This document shows positions 39,001 to 52,520 of a stretch of 64,000 nucleotides of DNA, piece by piece. The position numbers and the translations under genes are program-made. Positions within the stretch are counted from its first letter, which is position 1, and the number at the start of each line of letters is the position of its first letter. A model generated the notes under the pieces. The model was not told where the DNA came from. It did not search any database and saw only the letters and a program-made list of their open reading frames with translations. The stretch is from Raillietiella orientalis (lineage: Eukaryota), in NCBI GenBank assembly GCA_036172245.1, contig JAYWIR010000023.1, positions 62,001-126,000 of the forward strand, in the 5' to 3' direction.

Positions 39001-41126
39001 GGGACTGCATCGGGTAGGGGTGAGAAGACAAGGGAACAAATGCTTCAGCAGTTGGGAAGGCTGGAGCACCCCTGCCTTCTTCCCTGGTTAACGGCTTGGA
39101 GCCAACCACAAGATTATGGAATTCCGTAGCACAAGGGGAGGCCGCTGCAAAGCACCCAGCTTTCTAGAACTCTGCGGTGTTCCTGTTTTTGACGGAGCTA
39201 TCCCCTCTCCCTCCCTCTCCCAAAGGAGCAGTCGGACATGATCCTCTTCTTCCGGAGCTTCCCATCCAGCTGTCCTCAGACCTTCCCTCTTCTGGACTGT
39301 TCTTCAAGGATGATGTCTGATGTATTTCAGGAGGAAGGAAGTTGCAAAGATTCTCCCCTCGTATCGTTGTCTCTGCGGAGTATTCGGAAATCTCTCCTTT
39401 CCTCCCCCCCCCCCCCCCGTCCTCTCGGTTTTCCGCGTCTCATCGCTTCGTTTTCCCGCGCTGGATTTGTCACCAGTGGCTTGGCGGAAGGCTTTGTCGG
39501 CACCGGAAGCACAGCAGCATAGTGCTTCCGGCGACGGCTGCTTCCTAGTTCGGATCCTCCTCCTCCATGTGCCCCTCCCAAGACTCGACTGATCTTGAAA
39601 AGGGGCTGCTAGCTCGCTCCGCTAAGAGGAAGAGCGTTCTTGCGGACGACTTGCTGGAGAGATCGCGAAAGTATCACTAAGGCAACTCAGCCCCTCCGGG
39701 TAGGTGAACAAGAAGGAAAGCTCCTATGATGCCGTTTTTGGCTCCGTGACGGGCGCTGTTCTCCCGTCCGTGCCGTGCAGCCTTCATCCCTTCCGTCCGT
39801 TCGATTTCTCCCACCGGACACGGTCGCACGAAAGGGAAACAGGAGCCGTCCTTCCTTTCGCTGCCAGCGATCTGGGAACAGGCGTCCCGTTCCTGCAGCA
39901 TCTGCATCCGTCCTTTTCGTCACATTGCGTGGGAGCGCGGAGGAGTGGGGGAACCTTTCGTTGTAGAGTGCAGATGCGGCACGACGATGCAGCTCGCGTC
40001 TCGTTCCCTTTTTTTTTTTTTTTTGCCATCTCGCCTCTGCTGGTCCTTACGGCCTCCGCGTTGTTCCTCGTCAGGACTTTGCATCTGGGATTTTGCCGCA
40101 TTGCGGCGAACGCTTCCGTTCCGCTCTCAGACTTGAACCGACATATGTAGGGAGCGACCTTGTTGCTCGCGGATGTGGCGATCCTCTCCCCTCCGCGCAA
40201 GGACAACGCTCGTTGGGTCGCGCGGGCCGTCGCTGCCCATCGTAGGCCACAGCCCGGAACAACGCAGAGGACGAGGACTCGTGTGTGAATGGAAACATCG
40301 ATGAAGAGGTAGCTTCCTCTGATCGGAGGATCTTGTTGCTTGCATCCAGAAACATCTCGAGTTTTCGTCTGCGCTGGTCGCTCCGGACCCGTCCCTCGGT
40401 CCGCCTGCTCCCTTCACAGCAGACACGGCGGATTGATCCTGCCTGCGCCGCTCTCTTCACACTACTTTCCTGAAGGGTGATCTTGCCTTTGGGGAAGTGT
40501 CCACAGGCCACGTTCTCGGGGTTACGGAGTATAAAATACTCCCTCATTCAAACGGAATGATAATCGTTCTTCCTATTCACGTGCATCTTGCATCGGCGAG
40601 GTTGGCAGAGCCTTCGAGGACGGGCGAAATCGAGGGTCAACGATGACCACGGGCAGCAAGCAAAGAGCAAAGATGGATGGCTGATCCGCACGCTTTCCCC
40701 ATCTCGGAGGTCACTGCTTTCTGCTGCGTAAGTGTGGCTAGAAAGTTCCTCCCGTCGTCCCGGTTAGAAGGTGCAGCAGCTTGTTCTCAGGAAGAAAGCG
40801 AAGCGAAGGGAACGCGCGCGTTGGACATGCACAAGGGAAGGGAGGAAGCGGCTGTGTCGAAGTTCGGTAGACGGATCTCGAGAGGGACTCGAAACGTTTT
40901 AGCTACGGATTTACCCTAGAGAAGAACGTAAGAGATCGCTTCACACTCTTCCCCCCGACCTCTGCGTCAGGGCGGACAAGGAAAGTCTCTTCGTCTCCCG
41001 GGGCACACAGATGTTCCTCGAAAGGGTGAAAGGAAATAAGGGTGGGGGTGCTGTTCTGTCCTCTTGGAAAGTGAATGCTGTTCTCCGCCGAAGGACGGGA
41101 TGCGCTAACGGGAGTTCTTCTTCCAG

Positions 41127-44100
41127 GAAAGGTACACTGCGCAAAATGCCACAAGAAGTGTTCCGGAGAGGTGCTGAAGGTTCAGAACCAGCACTTCCAC
41201 ATTCACTGCTTCAAGTGCAAAGGTATGCTCGGACGCTCCTGACGCATCCATCTCCTGTGTTCCCGCCAGTGTGCGACAAGTCCCTGTCGCAGTCCGGCTT
41301 CTTTCTCAAGGATGGAGACTACTACTGCACCGCGGACTACAGGGATAAGTTCGGCGTCCGATGCGCCAAGTGTGGCGAGTATATCGAAGGAGAGGTAGTT
41401 ACCGCCATGGGCTCTACCTTCCACCACAAGTGCTTCTTGTGTCAGAGATGCAGGTAAGCACGAATGACTCCCTATCCCCTCTCTCGTTTACTCCGGCAAC
41501 CCGCCGCCTACTTGGAAAACTGAAAAGGAGTAAGTCATGTCCCTTTTGGGGAACGACCTTTCGTTTCTGCTCCCTCTGGCACCCTTTTGGGACGACGCAG
41601 TGAGCGGCGCGAGTTCGCGTGTCCGTTCCGTTGATTAGCCACGAGTGAGGCGTCCCCAGGTGTCTCAAAACTGCCCTACAGTCGCGACGGTCGGTAGTCC
41701 CGCCCTGATAACTCCGAGAGCGGCAACGGACCTGCCTGCTCCTCCGAGAGTGGCGGCCTCGAGATAGCAGCTTGGCTTTTTCGAGATGCCGCTTGCTTAC
41801 CGACAGGAAGGAGCCGCCCCGCGGTCTCAGGGGAGGTGTAAGAGTCAGGCAGGGTCCCAGACGCCGGTCTTTTTCTCTTTGCTATTGCCTCGTTCTTTTC
41901 TGTTCTTTACTGATGGCTACCGTTCCTATTGTTACCGACTCGTGCCGTTGATGGAGTACTGGTGTGGATGCTACCTCTTTTTCTGTTGATGCTGTTTGGA
42001 AGAGGAGGGGAAGAGCAAAAGTCGCTGGGAGGGTGGGATAGAACGTGTCTATTGCCTCATTTTCTGTATCTGTTGCTTCCCCCTTTGCTCGTTCGTTCCT
42101 TGCACACCTCAGCCTTCTGCCAGACAGCCGTTCGTCTCCGGGGCGAAGGTCACCTTTGCGGGCGACGAGGTCTTCTGTCAACAGTGTGTGTCGTCGTCGC
42201 CGCCGCCACAGCAACAGCAACAGCCACTGCCCCAGGGCGTCGTCTCATCTGCTGCTACCGACCGGCTGCTGTCGTCGTCTCTGCACGAAGGTGGGAGCTT
42301 TTCCTTCCCCACCTCGATCTCTCCCCTCCCACAGGGTGCGCCGGCTGCGGCGAGGAGCTGAAGGAGGGTCAGGCTCTGGTAGCGCTGGACCGCCAATGGC
42401 ACGTAACATGCTTCAAGTGCAAGGCGTGCGGCACTTTGCTTCACGGCGAGTATATGGGCAAGTGAGTCTGACCCCGGGGCGCCCTGTCCACAGTTTCCCG
42501 TTCCCTTTTTTGTTGCTGCTGCAGGGATGGGCAGCCGTACTGCGAGCGCGACTACCAACGCCAGTTCGGCGTGCGTTGCAACTACTGCGAGCGGTACATC
42601 TCGGGGAAGGTGCTGCAGGCCGGTGACAGACACCACTTCCACCCAACTTGTGCGCGCTGCACGAAATGCGGTGACCCCTTCGGGGACGGAGAGGAGATGT
42701 TCCTGCAGGGGACCGCCATCTGGCACCCCCGCTGCGGCCCGCGCCCCGGAGGGACCTTCGGCTCCGCTCTCTACAACGGCCATGCCTCTGCGGATCTGCT
42801 TGCGGACGGCTTCAGCAGCAGTGCCGCCAGCGATACGCAAGTGAGTGTCCCCTGATGGCAGCGGTGACGGTGCGGAGAGCGTCACCTGCCGCTTCTGCCA
42901 CTTTCTTCCCTTTCTTCCTCAGTCGCTCCCGTACAGCCCTGTAGGGTCTGCAAGTCCCGGGAGCGTGAGGCGCAAGGTAGGCGGGAAGGCTGCGCACCCT
43001 GGGTTACGTGATCGTCGCTCCTCCGTTTCCAGTGCCCGCGCCCGCGCAGCCCGGCGCCTCCCGCAGGCCCGGACGCCACGCGCCTGTACACCTGTAGCTA
43101 CCTGACGGGCGAGCCTGCGACGTACCTGCGACGCCCCATCCATCCTTACGATAAGCCGCCGCGGTCACCGCAGTTCCACCGACCCCAGCAGCGACGCTCG
43201 CGTTCCGCCACGCCCTCGTCGCGAAGTGCCACGCCGGGCATGCGGCGCCTTGTGGAAACGATTGCCTCCGAGAGCCCACGACCGAGGTCCCCACACATGA
43301 ACAATGAAGAACCCATCGAGCTGGCTCACTATCCCGGAGCGCGACCCCCGGATCCGAGACAGCCGCCGAAGATCGAGAGGGACGACTTCCCGGCCCCACC
43401 ATTCCCCTACACAGATCCAGGTAGGTAGAGCCTGCGAGAGTCACGTGACTCCTCCATTCCTCCCTTCTCTTCCTGTGCAGAGCGGCGCCGGCGCTGGTCA
43501 GGTTCCCAGAAAAGGTCGGACGGAGAGGATGACTCGGAGGGCGATGAGGTCGACATGTGTCCTCGCAGCAGCGAGCACCACCACCACGATGGCAGCGGCA
43601 GCGACCCGAAGCTGAAGGTCGGTGGAAACGGTGCCGTTCCCTCCTGACGGACGTTCCCTTCCTTTCCCACCCGCAGAAGAAGGAGGAGGAGCTGCTGAAA
43701 GCTTCCTCGGGCATCGGGCGGGCCTTCCTGCAGGACCTCAAGGAGCACGAGAAGCTGCGCCAGTGGCGTCTGCACCATTTGGACCCAAGGAATTCTTCCC
43801 GGACACCATCCGCCGACCGGGAGCTGCACCTTCGACTCCGCTACTTGTCGCCCATCAACGCCTGTCAGTCCTCTGCGGCGAGTCCTCACGCGCGCCCTAC
43901 CCCTCCCCTCTCCTTCTCTGCTGCAGCACCCTCCCGGTACGTGGACCACCCGCGGCCCTCCGACGACGAGGACTTCGATCGCAGCTCCAGCTACCGGTCG
44001 TCCGTGGGGCGCTCCGTCGGAGCCATCCCCAGCTACCACGGTGAGTCAGCCGGTCGGACGTCCCTTCCCGCCCGCAGCTCGCGGGGGGCCAGGGCGTAAC

Positions 44101-44922
44101 CTAGAATGGTGACCTTCCTCACGTGACTCTTGTCTCTCCCCCTCCCCCTTCTCCTTCGCCTCCCATCCTGCGTGGCGGATCGCAGTCAAGTCCTCTCTGC
44201 GGCCCGCCCTGCGTCCTGGCTACGGACTGAAGGCGGCCACCCTGCCCGCGTCCGGCAGGGACCTGTCCGCCGTCGACGGGCTCACGGTGAGTCGCAGGAG
44301 TTTCGTCCGCCTCTCCTTCTCCCTCTTCAGACTGCTCTTCCCCCTCTCCACTTTTAGGGAGACTTCGCCGCGACCCTGAGCGACAAGGCACACAGCGGAG
44401 GTGACCTCAGCACCACCACCGCCACCACCACCCATTCCGAAAGTAAGTCTGCGCGCTCCTCGCCGCGCGTGCGCGTGCCGCCCCAGCAGGACGTGCCTCC
44501 CGTCCTTCCCCCATGCAGCAAGCTCGATGACTGACGAAAGGCAGATGATGATGATGATGGTGAGCGACCCCCAGCCCTGCCCTCCCGACCCCAGCCCTTC
44601 TTACCTTCACCGCCCCCCCTATCCCTTTTTTCAGCGCCCCAGCTCGACGTTCAGCGGCGGGCTCAGCTGCGGGCCCCAGAAGTCATCCATCCGCCGCTCG
44701 CTGCCGAGCGTGGCGCCTCCTCCGGGCAATCCCAAGCTCTACCCGCTGCATCTCCTACTGACGACCAACTACCGGCTCCCAGCGGACGTCGACCGCACCA
44801 ATCTGGAGTGCCATCTCGCGGACGAGGAGTTCGAAGGCGTCTTCCACATGACCCGCTCTCAGTTCTACCGGCTGCCCCTGTGGAAGCGCAACGAGCTGAA
44901 GCGCAGGGCACGACTGTACTGA
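41127..44922 (+). CDS. unc-115: Actin-binding LIM protein (abLIM/UNC-115): 4 LIM domains, conserved linker blocks, C-terminal villin headpiece; 762 aa with the putative first exon
   Basis: GT-AG exons in consistent phase: 41127-41222, 41270-41453, 42124-42290, 42335-42461, 42525-42840, 42923-42976, 43033-43420, 43481-43617, 43677-43863, 43927-44040, 44186-44286, 44358-44442, 44519-44559, 44635-44922 (TGA). LIM motifs CAKCHKKCSGEVL...HFHIHCFKC, CAKCGEYIEGEVV, CAGCGEELKEGQALVALDRQWH and CNYCERYISGKVL. Linker motifs SPRPRSPHMNNEEPIELAHYP, KIERDDFPAPPFPY and LDPRNSSRTPSA. Headpiece YPLHLLLTTNYRLPADVDRTNLECHL...FYRLPLWKRNELKRRARLY. Confidence 0.96.
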
Positions 44923-47900
44923 AAGGACGGACGAGGGAAAAAGAGGAAAGTCCGCACAATACACGCACCATCGTCGCTTCGAGACTGCTGCGCAGCCTCC
45001 TCCTCTGACAGATGCTTCTCCTCCTCCTTTTCCTCCTCTTTCCCCTCCTTCTCCTTCTTGCTGGCCTCTTCGCTGCCTTTTCAGGGGCATCCGGCGCACC
45101 ATTGTGCGGGCGGGAACTCGGAGGTTTGATCTGCGAGTTGCGTACGCGTCGGTCCCTCAGCCTGTGCTACCCTAGCGTAGCGCCCACGCGAGCTTGCCCT
45201 CGCTCGTCTCCCGGCTGGACCGGGAGCTTCTCTGTTGGGTGGGTGTTTCTAGCTGGGTGTGCTCGCAACCGCGGAAGCAGATTGATCCTCAGCGTGCCGC
45301 CATCGGATTCTGCTCCGTACCCTTCTCCCCACTCTCTCCTCTGCGCTTTTCACGCCAGCGGCCTCTTTGGGGGAGGGGGGGGAATCGCATCTCGGGCTCA
45401 AGGAACCTCTCCAGTTGTGCTACCTTTTCGAAAAGAGGCGACACTTCACGTCGCTTCAGCTTCTCGCCCGAAAAAACGGGTTCCGAAAAGGTGGTGAACG
45501 TGAAGGGGAGGGAAGGTTGCATGGAGGCGAGCAGGAACTGTGCAACGACTATAAGATCTCCGGCCCATGATGATCCATGGTTCACAGTCGGAAAAGCCAC
45601 CACCCCATGCCTGCGCTCTTGGTGGCACGTTCACTGCTCTCTGCTGAAGGGATCTGCCTCAGGAGCTGAGTGATGGCACGCCGCGTGGCACCATCTCCAG
45701 CAGGACACTGGATGCGTTGGCACCCTTCGCCTTTTCCCTGTTCCAATCGCCTTTGCTCCTGCGCCGACTTGCACCATCCCACGATCAGCAGGGTGCAGCA
45801 CAGACTTGAGCTGCTGATGTGAAATCGCCGTCTCGTGCAGCGAACTCCGGCTACTCTGCGCCTGCTCCTCGGGTGCCACCGTCGTGGCACTGCAAGCGAG
45901 GAGGGAAGATGCCATAGCAGCTAGCGGACCAAACAAGGATGGTCTTCGCGGGGGTGCATGGTGTTGCTGCACTCCTTTCCGCCCCACTCCATCAGCTGCT
46001 TTCCTTCGCTCTCGCCGTCCACTTTCCCTTCCGTCTGCAAAAGGAGATGCTATCTTGCGCTCGACAACAGCTGGAGGGCCGGCGTGAGGAGACGTAGGCT
46101 GAGTGGCAGCGCAGACACACCCTACCGCCCAACGTCGGAGGTGCCCATCTTCCGCGAAGGAGAACGTACCTGCAGGAAAGGTGGCGAACGGCTGAGGATA
46201 GGATGCGCACGAGAGAGACCCGGCCCTTCTCGAGCAAGGGTGCTGAGACTGCGGCATGCGCCTTCCTCTCATGCTCATTCTGGAGGAGGAGCAATCTTGT
46301 TTTCCCTTTTTCCCTCTCCTCCCATCAAAACCCCCCACAGGGGTAGTTTCCTGACACTTTTCGCTGCAGAATCACCAGTTGACAGCATAGGAATAAGGAA
46401 ACTCCTGGTCCATTCCTGGGAACTGGATCGAGGGGATGGGGTGTCCCTGGACCGTCTGCCTCCTGACAGCATTTTTCCCTTTAATGGCGTAAATCCCCTC
46501 CCTCGAAGGCGTTTCCTTGGAGACGTTCTGCGCCGGGTGGAGCGCACGTGCGGGAGACTTTTCTAAAAGGCATGTTACCTTTAACAAACGACCTCTGTGT
46601 CTCGAGAGGTCAAGTGCTCTGAGTCTCTCGATAAGTTTCCGTTCCTGGTCACCAGGTCACCAATGACCGCCATGTGATCTGTTCGCCGCGTTTCTTCCAA
46701 GTGCAATGCGTTCTGGGTATCGTGTGGGCAGTCGTTTGAACAGTCTACGAGAACCCAGCTTGTCCATTCCTGCGTAGGCTTCACGAAAATGCCTCTCTCC
46801 ACCTGACGCAAGCACTCGTTGCAAGGGGTTTCCTGAGTCCGGCCCTCACTCAACTGTTGCGTGCAATGAGGGTGGCGAATAAGTCGCTCACAGAGACGGT
46901 CATCCGTGATGGGGACGAAATGCGGTGCACCCTTTCCAAGGCCATCTGGAAATCGCAACTTATTTTGAGAAGAAAAACCATCCTCACGTTTGCGGAAGCG
47001 GACATGTTCTCCCTGAGCGCACGTGCCTGCATTAGCACACGCAACGCGTGCCAACGGGGTACGTTCTCGTTATGTTCCCTAATCTCTTTTCCGCATGCAC
47101 CCACTGGCACGTCTAAGTCGCCACCACGTGTTTCGAATGCAAAACGGGCATTCGTTAAACCAGAAACTTCCTATTGTTGCTGCCTTCACATACTTGATGT
47201 GTCCCCTTCCCCCCTCCCTCCTTCCCCCATCGTCCCCAAAGTCTTTCTGCGTGAAATCCGGAGTAGCGCCACGAGGCGGTGGCGAGGTTTGCAGCTACAA
47301 CTGAGCGAGGATTACGCTCTCCACTTCTAGGTCCTTGAGCGTGCAGCGAGTCTTCTTACTTCCGTCTTTCTCCTCTTCAAAATGGGAAGGTGGTAGCATC
47401 TCAAAAAATCGTCGTAACAACAGCGTCTCCAGTCGGATCGCCTATCGAGACGTCTGTCAACGCTATCGGCTGTCCTCAACAGGCGCGGCAGCGAGTTGCT
47501 GTGCTCACAGCAGGGCTGGAATATCCGCGCGCCGTGATAATGCCAGTCTTTTGTGTCTCCATGACTGCTGAGTGCCGTTAGGGAACACCCGCTTCCGCAA
47601 CCAGTGTGGTGCTCATTCACGGGACCATCCGTCCACGAGCTAAGACCTTGGAAATAGCCTAGGAGCACCACTCTCGAGGGGGAACAGCTCCCTGCGCCTG
47701 CCTGCTTTTCGAAATGCGGGCAGCATGAGGCTGCCTCTTCTCTCAGTAGGTGGACACCCCAGGAGAGGCCGTCCTGCCCACAGGATTGCGTGAGGGGCGT
47801 ACGCATGTACGCACCAAAGCCAGTGGACTGTACATGGGTAGCGGAGTGACGCAAGAGTTTGTGAAGGCACGTACCAGAACCGCACGCGGTGATCTCGTTG

Positions 47901-49084
47901 TAACTCATGTATGCAGCTTACGTGTCCCATGTAGAAGAAAGTTTGCCTATACATTTGTGTATATCACTTCAAACCTTGTGAGGTGGAAGTACCAACTGGA
48001 ACAAGATGTACGCATGCATTTCTATATGTACGTTTGCTGCTTCACACGTGCTAAGAACACGTCATTTATGCGTCCACAAAGTTTAGGCGTGCGCATACGT
48101 CACGTGGAGTTACACCACGTGCATGTGTCAGCAGAAGGTCTGGTGCCTTTTTCATCTGGAAAGAGAAACACATGCGTGCGTAGACAACCAAGGTGGATGG
48201 ATAGCTGCCATTTGGCGGTAAGGCTCACGCAACGGTTTTCTGCAGAAACGTCATGGATGCTCCGACAAAGACCTAGACGGTCCAGGAAGGGATCGTTCCT
48301 CTACCCTCCCTCGGTGTCTTCTCCGGTACCACTTCATTTGCACCCCTCTTATGGTACGCCTTCCCCCCCCCCCCCCTTCCCGGCAGTGGGATCTACACCA
48401 CTGTAACGGGCATTCCTGATAGGCTTTACAGTAAGAAAGCTCGCACACCCTCCAGACGGCCCGCAACCCAGGGAAGGAGCATCGCGGATTTGAACGCACT
48501 GGCAGAAGTTTCGTCCGATATGATGTTTTCTCCTTCCAGCCACAGACCTGGCGCAGCTCCATCTCATGGCGAAACTGTAAAGTTGTCCTCTCCCGAAACG
48601 AGTGGTTGCAGATCTGGCCCACGCGCGCCCCTAGGAAGATTAGCAGGAGGCGGTCGTTCTCCCTAGCGTCCCGCCAGGCAGGCGCGTGCACATGCGTGAG
48701 CCGCTTGGCAACGGATGCATTTTCATCAGCTTAGGCAGAACATCGAGCGTGACCTCTTCAGTAAGGCGGCAGGTCACACCTAAAAGCACGACTCCTTTCC
48801 ACCCTGGGTAAGTGCGGTCTTGCCTTGGTGGAAAACTGCTCTGGGGAGATCCACTCGAGGAGCTTGCGCTCTGGCGCTCTCGCATGGAAGCTTCCCAAGA
48901 TCTTTCGCCTAAACTTCCTCCTTAGCAACAAGCCCCATGAGCCTTATACGTTCATGGATGGTCGCGCGCTCCTCTGCGTTTTTCATAGCTTTGCAGAACT
49001 GTCACCATTGCTGTGGAGAGGTTTCTCCCCTTCTACACATGCATTTGCTACCAGTTTCCCACATACACTTCTAGCAGGGTCTTG

Positions 49085-49600
49085 AGATTCCATCTTCTTT
49101 GGTCGATTTGGTTGCATCCAGTTCTCTACCACTGCATCTTGCTTCATGATCTTTAGCCTATTTCTTTTGATCTGTTTGACTGCATCCGTGTGATATGAGT
49201 TGTTTCATATGAGTTGACCTTATGTGAGTCAGCTTCGCCCGATTCTGTCTAGTCTAGTGAGATTCCGTCTGGTGGAACCTGGACTAGAGTACGATTCGAA
49301 TTGGGCTTTATGTGACTGCATGTAGCACTACCTGTTTCAATCTGGTTCCATCTGGTATCGTCAGAGCAAGCTCGATTTCATCTGGTTGTATTCCTTCTGT
49401 TACGATCCTACTTGGTCTCCTGCGGCTTGATCGTTTCCAACTCGATTCCACCTGCTTATATCAAGTAGGTCAATCTGGTTGCACCAGTTTAGCTCGTCTC
49501 CACCTGATTGCTTCTTCTTCAGTTCGGCGCATACAAGATCCACTCAGCCTTGTACTGGTTCCGGTGGACTCTCACTAGCCAACCGACTTCTGCTTCTCTT
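49085..49600. repeat. Highly degenerate pentanucleotide-periodic tract (TCTRG/ATCTG-like)
   Basis: Recurrent 5-nt periodicity, e.g. tctag-tctag, tctgg-ttcca-tctgg and cctgg-actag. Confidence 0.55.
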
Positions 49601-52214
49601 CGTTCCCTACTTTTGTCTGTTTGCCCAGTCCTGCGGTTCACTCTCTCTTTTCGAGTACGGTCCCGGGATCGTCCTGTCCTGGTTGCAGTAAAAGACCTGG
49701 CCAAAGGACCATCTGTCCAACGAGATCCCTTGGTCACCAGAGGTACCGAACGATGTGCCACCTGTCAGACATCGGTCGAAGAAGCGAGCAGCACTCTGGA
49801 AGGCTCGCGGGACAAACCGCTGGAGAAATCGCAGTACGCCTTGTCTGGAAGCATGGCAATGGTCTTACTGACATCAGGACAAGAGGGATCCACATCCTCG
49901 GTGCCTGATCCCGTAGCAGACTGCCGCCTCATTGCCCGCTGCCCCGATGCCAGTAAGACCTTGAGATCTGAAGACCGTTGGTCTGCATGATCCTACACGG
50001 AGCCCTGAGAGTAGGGTAGGTCACCACGATGAGGCACTTCAAGCTCCAAGCTGACGACTACCTTCCAGGAATTAAGTTTCCCGAATCCGGGATGCGCGAA
50101 AGGCCAAGAGATTGCGGAATTCACGCTTTCAAGTGACGAGGGAACTATGCAAATCGACCGGGCGGCACCGACGGCTCGAAACATCACTTTCCGCTGCACC
50201 GATGCTGAAAGTGAATTCAGGAATCTCCTTGAGAAGGAAGGAATCGCGTGACCAGGACCAGCTCGCTCGAAATCGCTCTATTGTCCACGAGAGGAGAGTA
50301 CATGAATCCAGAGCGTGCAGAATTATTTGGGCTTGGGACCAGGGTGTACGAAACCAGATCGCGAAAAGCCATCGCATGAGAGTAAAACCGCATTTAATGA
50401 AACCCGATGGCAATCCGAGATGCAGGGAACCAGGGTCCAGGGTCGCCACTTTTGCTCGTTACGGAAGGAAGAGCGGTCTATAGGAAGCGCCCTTTCCTCT
50501 GGATGGAGCGCTCAGAATGATTGGTGGTAAGCGGAGATCTGCTTCTTTGACATCAGACCGCAGAAAGCTGAGCCCTGCAAGCCAGGTCGAATCGTAAATG
50601 GCGATTCGAATCGGAAGTTAGTGCGCACAAAACCAGATCATGTGTGCCGCAGGAGGGAGGTCTCCCGGACGGCTGGATGGTCTGCTGATCTGAACTTGAC
50701 GATTTTTTTTAGCAGAGCTTTTCTTTTTCTTTCAGGCGGGACGCTTCGAGATCGACGCCTTTTTTCCATCCCGAGAAAGTTCTTCGTACGTGGCAACCGC
50801 CGAGAGGGAGGAAAGAGAGCAAGCATTGCTGGAGACCATCGTGCCCAACCGCAAGCCGACATGCGGGGCCGGTCTCCGAGCGAAGGTCACCACGTGCTGC
50901 AGACATTCCGTCATGCCACTCACCGTCTCTTGCGCAATAACCTCTGGCGGAGCCTCTCGCATTCCGATAAGAATGCACGCGAGCTCGGCCAGCCTCCTTA
51001 TTCCTTCGGGATCGCACCACTTCCCTCCTTGGTCTCCATCCCAGTCGCGAACTCCTTTCCCAAGGAGTAAACTGATTCTCATTTCTTTGCTATGTTCCCC
51101 AACATGATGTGCGTGTGTATGGGAAAGAAGGGATGGGAGGGTGGTGTTGGTCTGTTTGCTCTTTTTCATCGTACATGCGCATGCGTGTTTTCAAATAAAG
51201 CTAGATAATCACTAGAGAACCCACCGGTGGTGTTTTCAGGAAATCCGCACCAAACACTGGAGAGAAAGGGGCTGTGCGAATAACACTGAGCTTTCTTTCG
51301 ACTCGGACTTCCTTGAAGAGATGGAGAACAACTCCCTCTTTCGCATCGAAGAGACTCGAAGCTCCAACCTGAGCTGGAGGTAGCACAAACTAACTGGAAG
51401 GCTAGTGAAGGCTGGAGGGCTCGAAGGGGCAAGGAATGCTCAGAAAAAAGCGCCAATGACCACCTATTCTCGACCGCAAGAAAGTGGGCGGTTGAGCGGG
51501 CGCATCATTTGTGAAAGCCAGTCTGCTGCTGCTGACTTTAAGAAGCAGTGTGATCAGCGGCTCTCAGGAAGCTGCGCCTCAAAGAGAAAAGGAAGCTGCT
51601 GCTTTCGGGTTCTCTGAGGGTTGAAGAACGAGGCGTGGGTACGGAGTGCTGGTGAGGGGGTATTTTGCAACTCCTTGGTGATGGAATCTCAGGAAGTTGA
51701 AGTCAGTCCCCAAGAACAGCATGCTCCTTGTTCTCTGTTCTTTCGGATGCGCATCTGGAAGCGCAGTCGATGTTGGTTGCAGCAGAAGAGTCCGGGAAAA
51801 GAATTTTCCTAGAAAGAAGGGACCGGAAAGGGAAATGCTGTTGGAAGGATGATGAAGGATGTGAAGTGGATGCGAAGGGAAGACCGTTGTGCATCTCTCG
51901 AAATGGTCGAGCGTTCGACGAGTCTCCAGGGAACGTGAGATCCTCGACACGAATTTCTCACTTATCACTCCATGGTGGAAGAGGACTGATGAACTGGACT
52001 GAGCCGGTCTCAAAACTACCAGTTCATACAGATAAAAGAGCGACCTGTTTTCCCTCTCCCTCCAATGCAGCATACTCATATGCTCCACTGCCCTCGGGCA
52101 AGAACAATACATACGCTCAAACGTACAATCCATCGGGCGATGGAGTACCTGCAGTTGGTCGGGACTTTGAACCACAGTTGCCTAAAGCACTAGGAGTTGG
52201 AATTCATACACGTA

Positions 52215-52520
52215 CTATGACCTACTCTTGCTCTTACCACGAATTCTGTGCCTATTTAACTCACTTGTGTTGCTTCACCCTTCATACAACCCCCACTTCT
52301 ACGTTATCGCATACAACATGCTCTTACAGTGCAAGATATTCCGGAAAACTACAAGCTTTCTCCAAGTCTGACTCCTATTCTCCACTTCCGTTTGTTACCT
52401 CTTACTGTTACCTACTTGATCCCATTCTTGTATCCAACTCTCCCTCTGTACCTAATCGCACCAACTGTTTTAATAATTTATGGACTACCCTCAGATTCTG
52501 CTTCCGCAACCCATTCCTTT
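52215..52520. repeat. Degenerate pyrimidine-rich, roughly 5-nt periodic low-complexity tract
   Basis: G-poor cctac/tctta/actcc-like units. It inflates the spurious ORF 51728-52672. Confidence 0.4.

Noticed and set aside
30600..41000. Numerous 100-300 aa ORFs on both strands (e.g. 31701-32549, 32921-33709, 36153-37046)
   Set aside because: Low-complexity R/S/P/G-rich translations expected from GC-rich DNA, with no domains or consistent splice chains. Treated as intron.
42178..44039. Long minus-strand ORFs (42178-42885, 43004-43741, 43407-44039)
   Set aside because: Antisense shadows of the GC3-rich abLIM exons.
44800..44922. Villin headpiece variants LECHL (usually LERHL) and terminal Y (usually F) as a loss of actin binding
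   Set aside because: The changed position is variable across headpieces. The core E, H, three F, LPxWK and basic residues are intact.
46370..48890. Protein-like minus-strand ORFs downstream of abLIM (46581-47054, 47327-47908)
   Set aside because: No recognisable domain and no convincing exon chain. Could be 3' UTR or intergenic DNA.
52150..52235. Minus-strand TGTGGTTCAAAGTCCCGACC resembling a tRNA T-arm
   Set aside because: The remaining arms do not pair. At best an unrecognisable SINE relic.
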